Shown here: piece by piece, positions 9,179 through 19,290 of the stretch
Numbering within the stretch: position 1 is the first letter of the stretch
How the letters are laid out: each line of letters starts with the position of its first letter
DNA from: Candidatus Chisholmbacteria bacterium RIFCSPHIGHO2_01_FULL_52_32
Lineage (GTDB): Bacteria; Patescibacteriota; Microgenomatia; UBA1400; Chisholmbacteraceae
Assembly (NCBI GenBank): GCA_001816585.1
Contig: MHCJ01000003.1
Coordinates: forward strand, 284,228 to 348,227
Direction: 5' to 3'
DNA length: 64,000 bases
Notes under the pieces: generated by a model
The model's database searches: none
What the model saw: the letters and a program-made list of their open reading frames with translations, nothing else
Told to the model about the DNA's origin: nothing
Program-made: the position numbers and the translations under genes

Positions 9179-11476
9179 TTATCTTCTGACGAGGCGGAGT
9201 TCAGCCTGGTAGACGGTTTCGCGCGTTTGCTCGATCGCATCCGGGCTCACCGACACACTGGTAATCCCCCACTCGACAAGCTTTTGGGTAAACTCAGGGT
9301 ACTGTGAGGGGGCCTGTCCGCATACCGAGGAGGTGATTCTTCTTTTGTTCGCCGTTTTGATGATTTTTTCAAGTGCCCACATTACGGCGGGATTTCGCTC
9401 ATCGAATTGACTCGCCACTTCTTCGTTATCCCTGTCGATGCCGAGAATGAGCATCGTGAGGTCATTGGTGCCAACCGATATTCCGTCAATCCCGACGTCG
9501 ATAAACTCATCGAGTAGGATAACGTTCGACGGGATTTCGACCATCATCCAAAACTTGAACGTGGCTGAGCGAAACAGGCCTCGGGAGGCAACGATCCTTT
9601 TTACTTCAGCCAGTTCTTTGACTGTGTGGACGAACGGTATCATCAGCCAAAGATTCTTGTGCCCGGCTTTGTTCCTCACTTTTTTTATGGCTTCAAGTTC
9701 CAGGTCAAACACCGTTTCGTCAGATATGTACCGAAATGCTCCCCTGTATCCGAGCATGGGGTTTTGCTCCTGCGGTTCATAGTGGGTACCTCCCGGCAGA
9801 TTCCTGTATTCGTTGGTTTTGAAATCCGTCGCCCGGTAAACCACAGGTTTTCCCTGAAATGCACGACAGAAGACCTCCAGCCCGTCGGCGAGTTTGTTGA
9901 TGAATTGTTGTTTTTTTCCGTCGTGAATCATCTTTTTGGGGTGGATCCCAATTTGGGCAACCATAAACTCGGCGCGCAACAGCCCTACTCCGTCGACGTT
10001 TCTTGATGCAATATCGGCAGCGAGATCCGGCTCTCCTAGGTTAACGTAAACTTTGGTTGCGGTGCTTCTTTGGGTCACAAGCCTCACCTCGCCGCGTGGC
10101 ACCGAGGGTGTGGTTACCTTTCGGGGCGAAAGTACCCCATTGAAGACCTCGCCGGTCTTGCCGTTGACCGTGATCTGTTGGCCCGTTTTCAAGGTATCGG
10201 TTGCTTTACCAGTTCCGACGACGCAGGTTATCCCGAGTTCACGCGAGACGATGGCGGCGTGGGAAGTTTGCCCGCCTTTATCGGTTACGATAGCGGTTAC
10301 TTTCCTCATTGCCGGAACGAAGTCCGGGGTTGTCATCTCGGTCACCAGCACTTCCCCTTTGAGGATTTTTCCGATTTCACGGGCAGAATGGATGATGCGG
10401 ACTTTCCCGCTTGCGATGCCAGGCGAGGCAGGATCTCCTTTGAGGATCAGTTTGAGTGATTTGGCGATGGCCCTGCCTGTAGCTTCGTCCGTTATCGATA
10501 GTTCCTTTTCTCCGAGGGTAGTGATCGGCCTCGTTTGCAGGATATAGATCTCGTCTCTATCAACGCCCCACTCTATATCCTGTGGAAAAAAATAGTGATG
10601 GTGAATTGCCTCACCAATTTTCGCGAGTTTCCCAATCTGGTCATCCGAGAGTTTCTGGGCTTTTTGTTTATTCAGAGGTACTCTCGCCTCGACATCTTTC
10701 CCGTGTTTTTTCACGAGCTCTATTTGTTGTTTGACAATGTATTTCTTGAGAATTTTATACGTTTTTTTCTCGACTATATATCGGTCCGGTGTCACTGCCC
10801 CTTGGACGATCATTTCCCCCAGCCCCCAGATTGCCTCAATAATGAGGGTGCGTTTGTCTTGTGTTACAGGGTCGACGGTAAACATGACTCCCGAAACATC
10901 GGATTGAACCATATTCTGAACGGGTATTGCGATTCCGACTTTGAAATGATCAAATCCTTTTTCCGCGCGATAAAAAATGGCTCGGGGTTCGAAGAGTGAT
11001 GCCCAAGCCTCACGGATGGCATCGACCACGTTGGCGGCCCCTTTCACATTAAGGAAGGTTGCTTGTTGTCCTGCAAAAGAGGCTCCGGGAAGATCCTCTG
11101 CCGTAGCTGATGAGCGGACGGCAACGAGCGGAGCACTGTCATGCTTATCGAGAGATCGGTAGTGCTTTATCATCGCATCGGCCAGGTCCGGCGGAACTTC
11201 GGCGTTGGTGATCAACTTTTTGACGCGTTGGCTGGCTTGGTGAAGTGCTGTTGTATCCTGAACGTTCAGGCCTGTAAGGATGGATTTAATCTTCGGCCGA
11301 AGGTCATTGTGGTCGAGGACATAGAAATAGGCCGGCGCCGTGACGATGAAGCCGTTCGGGACGGGAAATCCCGCTTTGACCATTTCCCCCAGATTCGCTC
11401 CTTTACCGCCGACGAGCGGGATATCGTCTTTATCGATCTCGCGAAACCAGACCACATAGTCATTGGAACTCACCAT
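9179..11476 (-). CDS. ppsA: Phosphoenolpyruvate synthase (pyruvate, water dikinase)
   Basis: 765 aa. It has an N-terminal ATP-grasp with LVGGKGANLGEM, a central phospho-His domain (GGQTSHAAIVSRELGI) and a C-terminal PEP-utilising TIM barrel. Confidence 0.85.
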   Translation of the reverse strand: MVSSNDYVVWFREIDKDDIPLVGGKGANLGEMVKAGFPVPNGFIVTAPAYFYVLDHNDLRPKIKSILTGLNVQDTTALHQASQRVKKLITNAEVPPDLADAMIKHYRSLDKHDSAPLVAVRSSATAEDLPGASFAGQQATFLNVKGAANVVDAIREAWASLFEPRAIFYRAEKGFDHFKVGIAIPVQNMVQSDVSGVMFTVDPVTQDKRTLIIEAIWGLGEMIVQGAVTPDRYIVEKKTYKILKKYIVKQQIELVKKHGKDVEARVPLNKQKAQKLSDDQIGKLAKIGEAIHHHYFFPQDIEWGVDRDEIYILQTRPITTLGEKELSITDEATGRAIAKSLKLILKGDPASPGIASGKVRIIHSAREIGKILKGEVLVTEMTTPDFVPAMRKVTAIVTDKGGQTSHAAIVSRELGITCVVGTGKATDTLKTGQQITVNGKTGEVFNGVLSPRKVTTPSVPRGEVRLVTQRSTATKVYVNLGEPDLAADIASRNVDGVGLLRAEFMVAQIGIHPKKMIHDGKKQQFINKLADGLEVFCRAFQGKPVVYRATDFKTNEYRNLPGGTHYEPQEQNPMLGYRGAFRYISDETVFDLELEAIKKVRNKAGHKNLWLMIPFVHTVKELAEVKRIVASRGLFRSATFKFWMMVEIPSNVILLDEFIDVGIDGISVGTNDLTMLILGIDRDNEEVASQFDERNPAVMWALEKIIKTANKRRITSSVCGQAPSQYPEFTQKLVEWGITSVSVSPDAIEQTRETVYQAELRLVRR

Positions 11477-11575
11477 ACACCCAATATAACTTAGCGAAAG
11501 CTCTTGTTCAATCCCAGAAAAAGGAATAGTCTCTTATGGCTTAAGAGGGAAAGTCATGATGAGGCTTGGGTGGAG

Positions 11576-12646
11576 CTAGTTTTTCAGTTTTTCTTTGAAG
11601 TAGTCAACCCAGGGAATGGGAGCCGGATTTTGGTCATAAAGAATTGAAAGGTACAAATTCGTTACAGCCCCGAACTGAATTAGCTCGAACGCCTGAGAAA
11701 GCTTTGTTTCTGAGTGCAAGCTGATCTCAATCGACGCTATCTTGTTCTTCATCGTTATCTCTTTCGTAATTGCAAACCGCAATTTTATTTTCTCTGAGTA
11801 AAGCGATGATTCAGCGAAAATAACAAAGAGGTGCTCCGGATTGGTACTTGGATGTTTGAGACCTTCCAAAAGGTGATGATTGAGTTCGGGAATCTGGAAA
11901 TCAGTGGAGAAGGCTTTGGCATTTTCGTTTAACTGATTGTTGATTGTATGCGTTGAACCGACGAGATGTTCAGCTGAGATATATACAATTATTCGGCCGA
12001 GCATTTGCTTTGCAAGTTTCTTTGCGGGATTGTGTGGAACTGCCACCGTGGGATTCGTCTTTACCCAGACTTCCGTCATTGCTTTTGCGGCTGTTTCAAT
12101 CTCAGCCTGACTCAATTGAATGACTCCAATCTTGGCCGCAAGTGCCAGTACTCCAACGACGTTGTACCCGATTGCCATGCGAGGCTGGTTCGACGGATTG
12201 TGGGTCGGCAGTACTTGGTAGTAAGGGACTCTTTCTCGTTTGGCAAGGTCTATGAGTGGTCCGCCTGTGCCAATAGCGATCCATTTTGCCCTGGCCTTGA
12301 TTGCTTGATTTGCATTACTTAACGTTTCTTCCGTTGTGCCGGAATAGCTCGCGCAAATGACGAGCGATTTCTCATTTACGAAGGCGGGAATATCATATCC
12401 GTTGATTCTGGTGAATGGATACCTTATCTCGTTGCCGTATACCGACTGGATGACTCTTGCCCCCAAGCCGGTGCCCCCCATGCCGGTCATCACAATATTG
12501 TCGATTTCACTGTAGGCAGGGGGAATTGTTACGGCACTTGCTTCATCCCAGGCATGAAGGCATTGCTTGGCTAAGGCTTCGATGGAGCCCAATACATTTT
12601 GAACATCGATCTTACGAATTTCTTCAATACTGTCGAGTTTATCCAT
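11576..12646 (-). CDS. Bifunctional phosphoglucose/phosphomannose isomerase (archaeal-type PGI/PMI, SIS domains)
   Basis: 356 aa with two SIS domains (MTGMGGTGLGARVI ... ICASYSGTTEET). The fold resembles archaeal/Aquificae-type PGI/PMI. Confidence 0.7.
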   Translation of the reverse strand: MDKLDSIEEIRKIDVQNVLGSIEALAKQCLHAWDEASAVTIPPAYSEIDNIVMTGMGGTGLGARVIQSVYGNEIRYPFTRINGYDIPAFVNEKSLVICASYSGTTEETLSNANQAIKARAKWIAIGTGGPLIDLAKRERVPYYQVLPTHNPSNQPRMAIGYNVVGVLALAAKIGVIQLSQAEIETAAKAMTEVWVKTNPTVAVPHNPAKKLAKQMLGRIIVYISAEHLVGSTHTINNQLNENAKAFSTDFQIPELNHHLLEGLKHPSTNPEHLFVIFAESSLYSEKIKLRFAITKEITMKNKIASIEISLHSETKLSQAFELIQFGAVTNLYLSILYDQNPAPIPWVDYFKEKLKN

Positions 12647-12715
12647 GGATTTGATTGTACGAGGTTAACCCTTATGCAGCAAGTGATTGGGAATTGATGC
12701 AGTCTGTTTTGATCC

Positions 12716-14089
12716 CTATGCTTGCCGTATTGTTCCGTGACTGCTGAGAAAGCTGACAATTTCAGTCGTATGTTCTGCAAGGATTTTATGGTTGTCCGCT
12801 TCAATATTGAGTCGAAGCAATGGTTCGGTATTGGAAGGTCGGACGTTAAACCACCAGTCTGTAAACCAGACACTAATCCCATCTAGCCAATCCGTTGATC
12901 TGGCCTTGTTCTTATACGTTGTTTCCAACCTTCGCATAACACCGAGTTTATCTTTTACCATAAAGTTAATTTCACCGGAGCTCGGATACTTATCATATTG
13001 CCTTACGAGATCAGAAAGCTTTTGGTTCTTTACGGACATCAGCTCCAAAACGAGTAAAGCGGCGATGATTGCAGAATCAGCATAGAAAAAATCACGAAAA
13101 AAGTAATGACCGGAATGCTCGCCGCAAAACAACCCGTTGTGCTTTCGCATTGCTTCTTTGATCAGCGTGTGTCCGACGCGGACACGGACGGGTTTACCGC
13201 CCCGCTTTTTGATGATTTCAGGGACAACCCGTCCGACGATTGCATTGTAGAGGATCGTTTGTTTCGGATGTTTTCTGAGAAGGTTTTCGGTGATCAGGGC
13301 GGTCATAATGGTGCCGGAGACGATTCGCCCGGTTTCATCAACCAGGAAAACCCTATCCCCGTCGCCATCGAATGCCATGCCAACGTCCGCCCCAACTCTT
13401 TTCACCGCTTTTACCGTATCCAGCATGTTTTTTGCTTCGATAGGACTCGGGATGTGATTTGGGAACGATCCGTCGAGCTCGTAGAAGATCCTCGTGACTT
13501 TCCAAGGCAGATGGTCTTCAACGGCGGGCATAAAAAACCCTCCCATCCCGTTTCCGGTATCAACCGCCACCTTGAACGGCTTCATATTTTTTACGTTGAT
13601 GAATTTGAGAACGTGTTTGACAAAATCGTTAAGAACCCGACGCTTCGAAAGTCTGCCTGTCTCTTTCGATGTTTTCTCAAGGCTTTTGGTTGACACGGCG
13701 AGATCCCGGATTTCATAGATCCCGCTATCGCCCGAGACCGCGATAGCCCCGCGTTTCACGATTTTCATGCCATTGTACTGGGGCGGATTGTGGGAGGCGC
13801 TGATGGTTACCGCCAGGTCTTCATTGTACTTGCCGGCCGCAAAATACAGCATGTCCGTTGAAATCAGTCCGAGGTCGACCACGTCAACACCCGCCTTGAG
13901 CATGGTGTTTACAAAGATCTGGTGAAGTTTCGGCGAAGACATCCGCATGTCTCTTCCTACCTGGATTGTTCTGGGTTGGAAACAGACGGCGATTGCCTGT
14001 GCCACCCGTATCAGACCTGCCTCATCGAGCTCTCCGGGGATGATTGCCCGGATGTCGTAATCTCTGAAGATCTCCGGACTTAGGCGCAT
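12716..14089 (-). CDS. Phosphoglucomutase/phosphomannomutase (alpha-D-phosphohexomutase family)
   Basis: 457 aa. It has the active-site Ser loop TISASHNPPQYNGMKI and the metal-binding FDGDGDR motif. Confidence 0.85.
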   Translation of the reverse strand: MRLSPEIFRDYDIRAIIPGELDEAGLIRVAQAIAVCFQPRTIQVGRDMRMSSPKLHQIFVNTMLKAGVDVVDLGLISTDMLYFAAGKYNEDLAVTISASHNPPQYNGMKIVKRGAIAVSGDSGIYEIRDLAVSTKSLEKTSKETGRLSKRRVLNDFVKHVLKFINVKNMKPFKVAVDTGNGMGGFFMPAVEDHLPWKVTRIFYELDGSFPNHIPSPIEAKNMLDTVKAVKRVGADVGMAFDGDGDRVFLVDETGRIVSGTIMTALITENLLRKHPKQTILYNAIVGRVVPEIIKKRGGKPVRVRVGHTLIKEAMRKHNGLFCGEHSGHYFFRDFFYADSAIIAALLVLELMSVKNQKLSDLVRQYDKYPSSGEINFMVKDKLGVMRRLETTYKNKARSTDWLDGISVWFTDWWFNVRPSNTEPLLRLNIEADNHKILAEHTTEIVSFLSSHGTIRQA

Positions 14090-14110
14090 CTTTTCTTCGT
14101 AAGGCTCATT

Positions 14111-14812
14111 CTAGATTTCGCTTAAAATCAAGTCAAGCATCGATGAAAGGGGCAGAATGCTCTTTCCGGTCTTGACCGCAACATCCGTCCGGTAGAGGCT
14201 TTCGTGGAGCATCTGAAGGTCTTTTGAAGTAAATTTCCCGGCTTGAGCCAGGAGTCGCTGTCTTTGCCACTTTTGCATGGCATGGAGTTCTTTTCCGTTG
14301 TAATCCGCTGCCATGAGGAGGCTTGTAACCCTCCTTGAGAGCATGTAGAAAACGAGCTCGGGTGCGTCCTGTTTTAACGTTTCGTGGTAATAACCCAGCA
14401 ATTGCCCTGTATTTTTCGGGTAAATTGAGTCAAGGAAGCGAAAGATCGCTTTGCTTAATTTAAACAGTCGAACCGTGGCCGTTTTATTTACCAATCGTAG
14501 TTGGGCGGTGGTGAGTTCTTTACGTTCCCAAAGGATTACCTCTCCCTTTGGACTTTCGACGGCAATATAGCGCACAAGCTCCTCCTTGGTTTTTGACCGG
14601 ACCCTTGTCAATACGTTTTCGATGATGACCAACCGAACGGTCCCAAAAAGGCTCTCGCTCTCGAGGGCTTGCTTGAGATCTCCAAGCGATACCTTCTCGC
14701 CATTAAGTCTCACGATATCTTTGATCCCTGACCTTCTGGCTTTTTCCACACTCTCCCTGAGTGCACTACGGCTAGCTACTATCTGGTCGCCATGAAGGAT
14801 TAGAAGAGACAT
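14111..14812 (-). CDS. holA: DNA polymerase III delta subunit-like (HolA), short form
   Basis: 233 aa. The N-terminal pattern LILHGDQIVASRSALRE ... LGDLKQALESESLFGTVRLVIIENV matches the delta N-domain. It is shorter than canonical HolA. Confidence 0.5.
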   Translation of the reverse strand: MSLLILHGDQIVASRSALRESVEKARRSGIKDIVRLNGEKVSLGDLKQALESESLFGTVRLVIIENVLTRVRSKTKEELVRYIAVESPKGEVILWERKELTTAQLRLVNKTATVRLFKLSKAIFRFLDSIYPKNTGQLLGYYHETLKQDAPELVFYMLSRRVTSLLMAADYNGKELHAMQKWQRQRLLAQAGKFTSKDLQMLHESLYRTDVAVKTGKSILPLSSMLDLILSEI

Positions 14813-14854
14813 GAGGGTATAGTCCTTCGTCCGCCAGCTGGCGGATCAGGATAA

Positions 14855-14890
14855 AGGTTTAGGGTTTAGAACCTTGGGATTTATATTTTT
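14855..14890. repeat. Heptamer array (GGTTTAG / TTTAGGG-like) spanning the stop of the upstream gene and the holA leader
   Basis: The sequence reads AGGTTTA GGGTTTA GAACCTT GGGATTT ATATTTT, i.e. period 7. Confidence 0.6.
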
Positions 14891-15245
14891 GAAATAGTGC
14901 TTCCACTGTCTGGTGATCAATACGGCGTCCCCTTCCCCGATGGGGAACGAGAGCCCCGGAGAAGGTTTTGGGGATATGCAAGAGCTCGTGGATCAACACT
15001 CTCGTCTTGTCATCCTCCGGCAACCTGTCAAACCTTTCAGAGAGAATCTCGATGACGTAGTGGGGCTTAAGGCGAAGTGCGAGCTGCCAGATTCGGGGAA
15101 AACTCCAGATTCTCGCCCTTGCCCGAGAGGAAGAACCAAAACTTCTGAAACAAATGACTTTTGTGGCGTCAATATGAGGAAATTTCATTACTCGGAGAAT
15201 TGCAGAGAGCTTTTCCTGTATATCTGGAGCTTTGTGAAAATCCAT
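14859..15245 (-). CDS. Small predicted zinc metallopeptidase-like protein (HExxH motif; SprT/YgjP-like)
   Basis: 128 aa with HELLH followed by a basic stretch. No further family assignment is possible from sequence alone. Confidence 0.4.
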   Translation of the reverse strand: MDFHKAPDIQEKLSAILRVMKFPHIDATKVICFRSFGSSSRARARIWSFPRIWQLALRLKPHYVIEILSERFDRLPEDDKTRVLIHELLHIPKTFSGALVPHRGRGRRIDHQTVEALFQKYKSQGSKP

Positions 15246-15263
15246 ACCAGGATCTTGGAAATG

Positions 15264-15524
15264 TTACTCGGTTGCTTTATAGACCGGTGTTCCTTCGTAG
15301 ACTTTTTTATCCACCTTCAGTCCTACCGATTGTCCTTTCTTTGCCTCTTTGACCTTCTCGTGATCTATTTCCATCGATTCCACGGTTTGGACCAGTTCAT
15401 CACCCTCGGCTTTCCCGGCAATTTTGATGGTATCCCCTACCTTTAATTGCCCCGTTACATCGACGACGGCAACACAGATTTTGTCATAGTAGTGCGCCAC
15501 CTTCCCAACCGCTTTGTCAGCCAT
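15264..15524 (-). CDS. Small beta-barrel protein resembling EF-Tu domain II (translation elongation factor-like protein)
   Basis: 86 aa. The pattern GKVAHYYDKICVAVVDVTGQLKVGDTIKI ... GQSVGLKV is typical of stand-alone EF-Tu domain-2-like proteins. Confidence 0.4.
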   Translation of the reverse strand: MADKAVGKVAHYYDKICVAVVDVTGQLKVGDTIKIAGKAEGDELVQTVESMEIDHEKVKEAKKGQSVGLKVDKKVYEGTPVYKATE

Positions 15525-15592
15525 TTATGCTCACCTCCGATCTCCCATTTACAATACATTCACTTTGAATTAAGTATAACACAACTTTTGTT

Positions 15593-16819
15593 TCACTCCC
15601 TTGGAAATTGGTACAATTTGTCGCCGAGATACCCCGTCACTTCCGGCCTTATGAGCGGCCCCCTTAGGAGTCTTGCGGAGCGGAGGCTTGCGAATCCATG
15701 CTTCTTATTGATTGCATCGACCGCACTCCAGAGTTTTTCTCTCTTTTGCCAGCTTTCAAGCCAACACGCCGTGAGGTTTGTTACCGGAGAAAGGAGGCCT
15801 ACATGAACGCCGAAGCGAATCACGGCAAAGCTCCGCTGCCAACCTTTATACAAACCGTTGTAGATGAGGTCGAATACCTCATCCGGATGACGAACGTGGT
15901 ACTTGAGCGTCCGATGCCGATACCAGATTTTCTCCTCTCCCTCCAGGAAAATGGATATTTGACGGCCGGCAAGATTCATTTGGCGAATCTTGTAGGTTGC
16001 TTCCTCGACAAGGTTGCGGATGATCTTTTGAATCTCTTCTTCTGAATCGCAGAGGCGAAACCCCGTAATGGTGCGGCCGACACCCTTCATGTATAGATTG
16101 GAATCAAGCAGTCTTAAGAGATGCGATTCCTCACCGATGGAAATCCTCTTGAGCTCCGGTCCCCAAAACGGTCCGAAACGCAGCTTGAGAATTTTATCCT
16201 CAAGCTTTCTGATTTGAAGGATGTTCGTCACCCCCGTGTTGATGAGTTTTTCTTCCAAGCGAGGGCCAATCCCGCAGATGTCTCGCGGCTTGCATCCCGC
16301 CAAGATTTCATCAAGATTTTCCTTGCTAATCCGAAAGTAGCCGCCTTTCGGAGCATGGTCTCCGGCAAGCTTGGCAAGCGTGCGGTTATACGAAATCCCA
16401 ATTGAGGCGGTGACCCAATTTCCGAGCTTCGCATAGATCTTTTCCTGAATCTTGACCGCAAGGGTTTCGGCTGAACCGCAGAGGCGGATACAATTTGAGG
16501 TGTTGATGAACGCTTCATCGAGTGAGAATAGGGTAACGTCCGGGCTAAATGATTCAACGAGCGCAAAGAAACGTTTTGTGTAATCGAGGTATTTGTCAAA
16601 ATCTGCTTTGATAAGGATGAGACGGGGGGCAAGTTTTCTGGCATCATGGAGGTTGGTGCCGGTTTTGATCCCAAGCCTTTTGGCTTCTTTACTTGCGGCA
16701 ATAATGCACATTCTGCCTATGTCTTTCACAATCCCTACCGGCTTTCCCCGTAAGAATGGGTTTTGTTGCTGCTCTACTGTGGCAAAATATGAGTTGAGGT
16801 CTACGTGGAGGATGGTCAT
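15593..16819 (-). CDS. dinB: DNA polymerase IV (Y-family translesion polymerase)
   Basis: The protein contains ILHVDLNSYFATVEQ, SLDEAF and the Y-family palm/fingers. The true start is likely the ATG at complement 16817-16819 (MTILHVD...), which aligns with the E. coli DinB N-terminus. The longer ORF to 16831 uses TTG. Confidence 0.85.
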   Translation of the reverse strand: MTILHVDLNSYFATVEQQQNPFLRGKPVGIVKDIGRMCIIAASKEAKRLGIKTGTNLHDARKLAPRLILIKADFDKYLDYTKRFFALVESFSPDVTLFSLDEAFINTSNCIRLCGSAETLAVKIQEKIYAKLGNWVTASIGISYNRTLAKLAGDHAPKGGYFRISKENLDEILAGCKPRDICGIGPRLEEKLINTGVTNILQIRKLEDKILKLRFGPFWGPELKRISIGEESHLLRLLDSNLYMKGVGRTITGFRLCDSEEEIQKIIRNLVEEATYKIRQMNLAGRQISIFLEGEEKIWYRHRTLKYHVRHPDEVFDLIYNGLYKGWQRSFAVIRFGVHVGLLSPVTNLTACWLESWQKREKLWSAVDAINKKHGFASLRSARLLRGPLIRPEVTGYLGDKLYQFPRE

Positions 16820-16822
16820 GGG

Positions 16823-16885
16823 AATGTTCAATGTTTAATGTTTAATTCTTAAATCTTAAATCTTGAATCTTGAATCTTCAATCTT
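16823..16885. repeat. Heptamer array, 9 units (AATGTTY / AAATCTT / GAATCTT), abutting the dinB start codon
   Basis: The sequence reads aatgttc aatgttt aatgttt aattctt aaatctt aaatctt gaatctt gaatctt caatctt, i.e. period 7. It begins 3 nt from the dinB ATG on the mRNA, and there is no SD. Confidence 0.85.
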
Positions 16886-16888
16886 GTG

Positions 16889-17137
16889 TCATCCTTCCAT
16901 CCAAATCTGTTCCAGGATCCAGGTTTCGGTGGTGCGGTTGTATTCGAGAAGGTAGAGATTTCCGTTTGAGAGGACGGCATAACGGCGTTTCTTAATACTC
17001 TCATCTTTGACCTCGTGGATGCTCGTGATTTCCTCAATGGGATATGCGCGGTTGTGCCAATGGAACGTTTTGGGGACGAATGAGGTTTCTCTAAAAATTC
17101 CCAGAACACTTATTGTTTCGCCTATTGTTTGGTACAT
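16889..17137 (-). CDS. Hypothetical small protein (82 aa) between ruvB and dinB
   Basis: It is co-oriented and tightly spaced with ruvB and dinB. It has no recognisable motifs, so its role is unknown. Confidence 0.35.
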   Translation of the reverse strand: MYQTIGETISVLGIFRETSFVPKTFHWHNRAYPIEEITSIHEVKDESIKKRRYAVLSNGNLYLLEYNRTTETWILEQIWMEG

Positions 17138-17197
17138 CTGACCAAACTATACCCGAATTTTGATGGGGGTGTCAACAGCGATTTTCGGATGATGAGT

Positions 17198-18202
17198 TTA
17201 GAAGAGTTCCTGCTGATCTTTAACCTTTTTCGGAATCGGGATTGAGAGGTGCTCGTATGCAAGGAGAGTTGCCATCCGGCCCCGGGATGTCCTTTTGAGA
17301 AAGCCCAGTTGTAAAAGGTACGGTTCGTGGACGTCTCTTAACGTTTCGATGTCCTCTGAAATAGTGGCGGCGATCGACTCGATACCGACGGGTCCTCCAG
17401 CGTGTTTTTTGATGATCGCCTCAAGAATCCGACGATCTGCTTTATCCAAACCCGCTTTGTCAACTTCAAGCATCTCAAGCGCCTTCTTGACAACCTCTAA
17501 GGTCAACTGGCCTTTTGCATGGACCTCGGAGTAATCCCTGATCCGACGAAGCAATCTGTTGGCTACCCTTGGAGTTCCCCTTGATGTTTTGGAAAGTTCC
17601 CGCGCGACGGCTTTATCGAACTTCATTCCCAGGATAGCGGCTGAGCGGACAAGGATCATTTCGACTTCTGCGGATGAATAATAGTCGATGTGGTGGATGG
17701 CTCCGAAACGGTCCCGTAGCGGCGAAGACAGCATTCCGATGCGCGTGGTTGCCCCGATGATCGTGAACCTGGGGAGGTCCAATCTCACGGTTCTCGCGGA
17801 TGGGCCTTTACCAAGTACAATGTCTAGGTGATATTCCTCCATCGCAGGATAGAGGGTTTCTTCTACAATTTTGCTCAGTCGGTGAACCTCGTCGATAAAA
17901 AGGATGTCGCGGTCCTTGAGGTTCGTGAGGATTGAGGCGAGATCGCCAGCCCGCTCGATCGCCGGACCTGACGTAACGCGGATTTCGCTTTCCATCTCGT
18001 TGGCGATGACATGGGCAAGTGTCGTCTTCCCAAGGCCCGGTGGCCCGTAGAAGAGGAGATGTTCGAGCGGTTCGTTCCGTTTTTTCGCAGCGGCGAGAAA
18101 AGTTCGAAGTTTTCCCTTTACCTTTTCTTGCCCGAAGAAATCGTTTAGGGTTTTCGGACGGATGTTGATGTCGGGAGCTTTTGCGTCTTTGGCTGCCTTC
18201 AT
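17198..18202 (-). CDS. ruvB: Holliday junction branch-migration helicase RuvB
   Basis: 334 aa with Walker [12 protein letters not shown] and the AAA+ RuvB fold. Confidence 0.9.
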   Translation of the reverse strand: MKAAKDAKAPDINIRPKTLNDFFGQEKVKGKLRTFLAAAKKRNEPLEHLLFYGPPGLGKTTLAHVIANEMESEIRVTSGPAIERAGDLASILTNLKDRDILFIDEVHRLSKIVEETLYPAMEEYHLDIVLGKGPSARTVRLDLPRFTIIGATTRIGMLSSPLRDRFGAIHHIDYYSSAEVEMILVRSAAILGMKFDKAVARELSKTSRGTPRVANRLLRRIRDYSEVHAKGQLTLEVVKKALEMLEVDKAGLDKADRRILEAIIKKHAGGPVGIESIAATISEDIETLRDVHEPYLLQLGFLKRTSRGRMATLLAYEHLSIPIPKKVKDQQELF

Positions 18203-18206
18203 GAGC

Positions 18207-18788
18207 CTACTTTCCGATTGTCTTTAAGGCTTCTTTAATGAGTTGTTCTGTTGTCATCTTGCCCTTTCCTTTAATCGTTCTTAAAGATTCCCGGGCCTCC
18301 GATTGTGTAAATCCAAACTGTCGGAGTGCCTGAACGGTCTCTTCATACGCAGGGCTTACGACTTCAAAAAGATCCGTCCCCTTATCGGCTCCAAGTGTCG
18401 CTTTCAGATCGATGATGATCCGCTGGGCTGTTTTTCTCCCGACACCCGGAATCGTGGTGAAGAAATCGACGTCGCCATTGAGTATTGCTTGAGCGATCTC
18501 GTCCCTGCCACCCGAAGAAATCACGCTCAAGGCGGTTTTTGGTCCTACTCCGGCTATTGCAAGCAATGTTTCAAACAGGGAGAGCTCTTCGAGCGTGTCA
18601 AAGCCATACAGCGAAAGCGTATCTTCGCGGACGTAGGTATACGTATAGAGTGACACCGTCTCCCCTTGGGCAGCTTTGCGGTTCAGTATTCGAGCCGGAA
18701 CGGCAATTTTAAAGCCGATTCCGGCCACGTCAACGATCAGTGAATTTTTGTACACGCGATCAAATTTTCCGGTAACTTTGGCGATCAT
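18207..18788 (-). CDS. ruvA: Holliday junction DNA helicase RuvA
   Basis: 193 aa. The N-terminus MIAKVTGKF ... [10 protein letters not shown] and the HhH motifs match RuvA. Confidence 0.85.
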   Translation of the reverse strand: MIAKVTGKFDRVYKNSLIVDVAGIGFKIAVPARILNRKAAQGETVSLYTYTYVREDTLSLYGFDTLEELSLFETLLAIAGVGPKTALSVISSGGRDEIAQAILNGDVDFFTTIPGVGRKTAQRIIIDLKATLGADKGTDLFEVVSPAYEETVQALRQFGFTQSEARESLRTIKGKGKMTTEQLIKEALKTIGK

Positions 18789-19270
18789 TTCGGTTTCTTG
18801 ATTACTCCGTGGGTAATTGCAACTGCAAGAGCATCGGTCACATCATCGGGGGAGGGTATGACTTTGAGGTTTAAGAGCATTTTTACCATGAGTTCAACCT
18901 GGTGCTTGTCCGCTCTCCCGTACCCTGAAACCGCCATTTTTACTTCAAGCGGAGTGTATTGAGACACAGGGATCGCCTCCTGCTTTAAGGCAAGTAACGT
19001 CACTCCCCTAGCCTCCCCAACCGCGAGCGCGGTTTTGGCGTTCGTGTTGAAAAAAAGTTTCTCGACCGCCGCTTCCTTGGGTCTCCATTTTTTCAGAATT
19101 TTTTTCAGTGAGGTATATAGGTCCTCAAGGCGGCTTTCCGGAGCCAGGTTCTTTTTTGTCTCAATACAATCGAAGGCTAGCGCTACAGAGGAATTGCTAT
19201 CGTAATGGATAATTCCCCAACCGGTTCTCGCAATCCCAGGGTCAATACCAAGGATATTCACGGCCCTCAT
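18785..19270 (-). CDS. ruvC: Crossover junction endodeoxyribonuclease RuvC
   Basis: 161 aa. It has ILGIDPGIARTGWGI (the RNase H-like catalytic Asp) and a 4-nt overlap with ruvA. Confidence 0.85.
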   Translation of the reverse strand: MRAVNILGIDPGIARTGWGIIHYDSNSSVALAFDCIETKKNLAPESRLEDLYTSLKKILKKWRPKEAAVEKLFFNTNAKTALAVGEARGVTLLALKQEAIPVSQYTPLEVKMAVSGYGRADKHQVELMVKMLLNLKVIPSPDDVTDALAVAITHGVIKKPK

Positions 19271-19290
19271 TGTAACACGTCTTCTGAGAC

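Noticed and set aside
13106-13693. 195-aa plus-strand ORF
   Set aside because: It lies entirely inside the phosphoglucomutase gene on the opposite strand. It is a shadow ORF with no independent signals.
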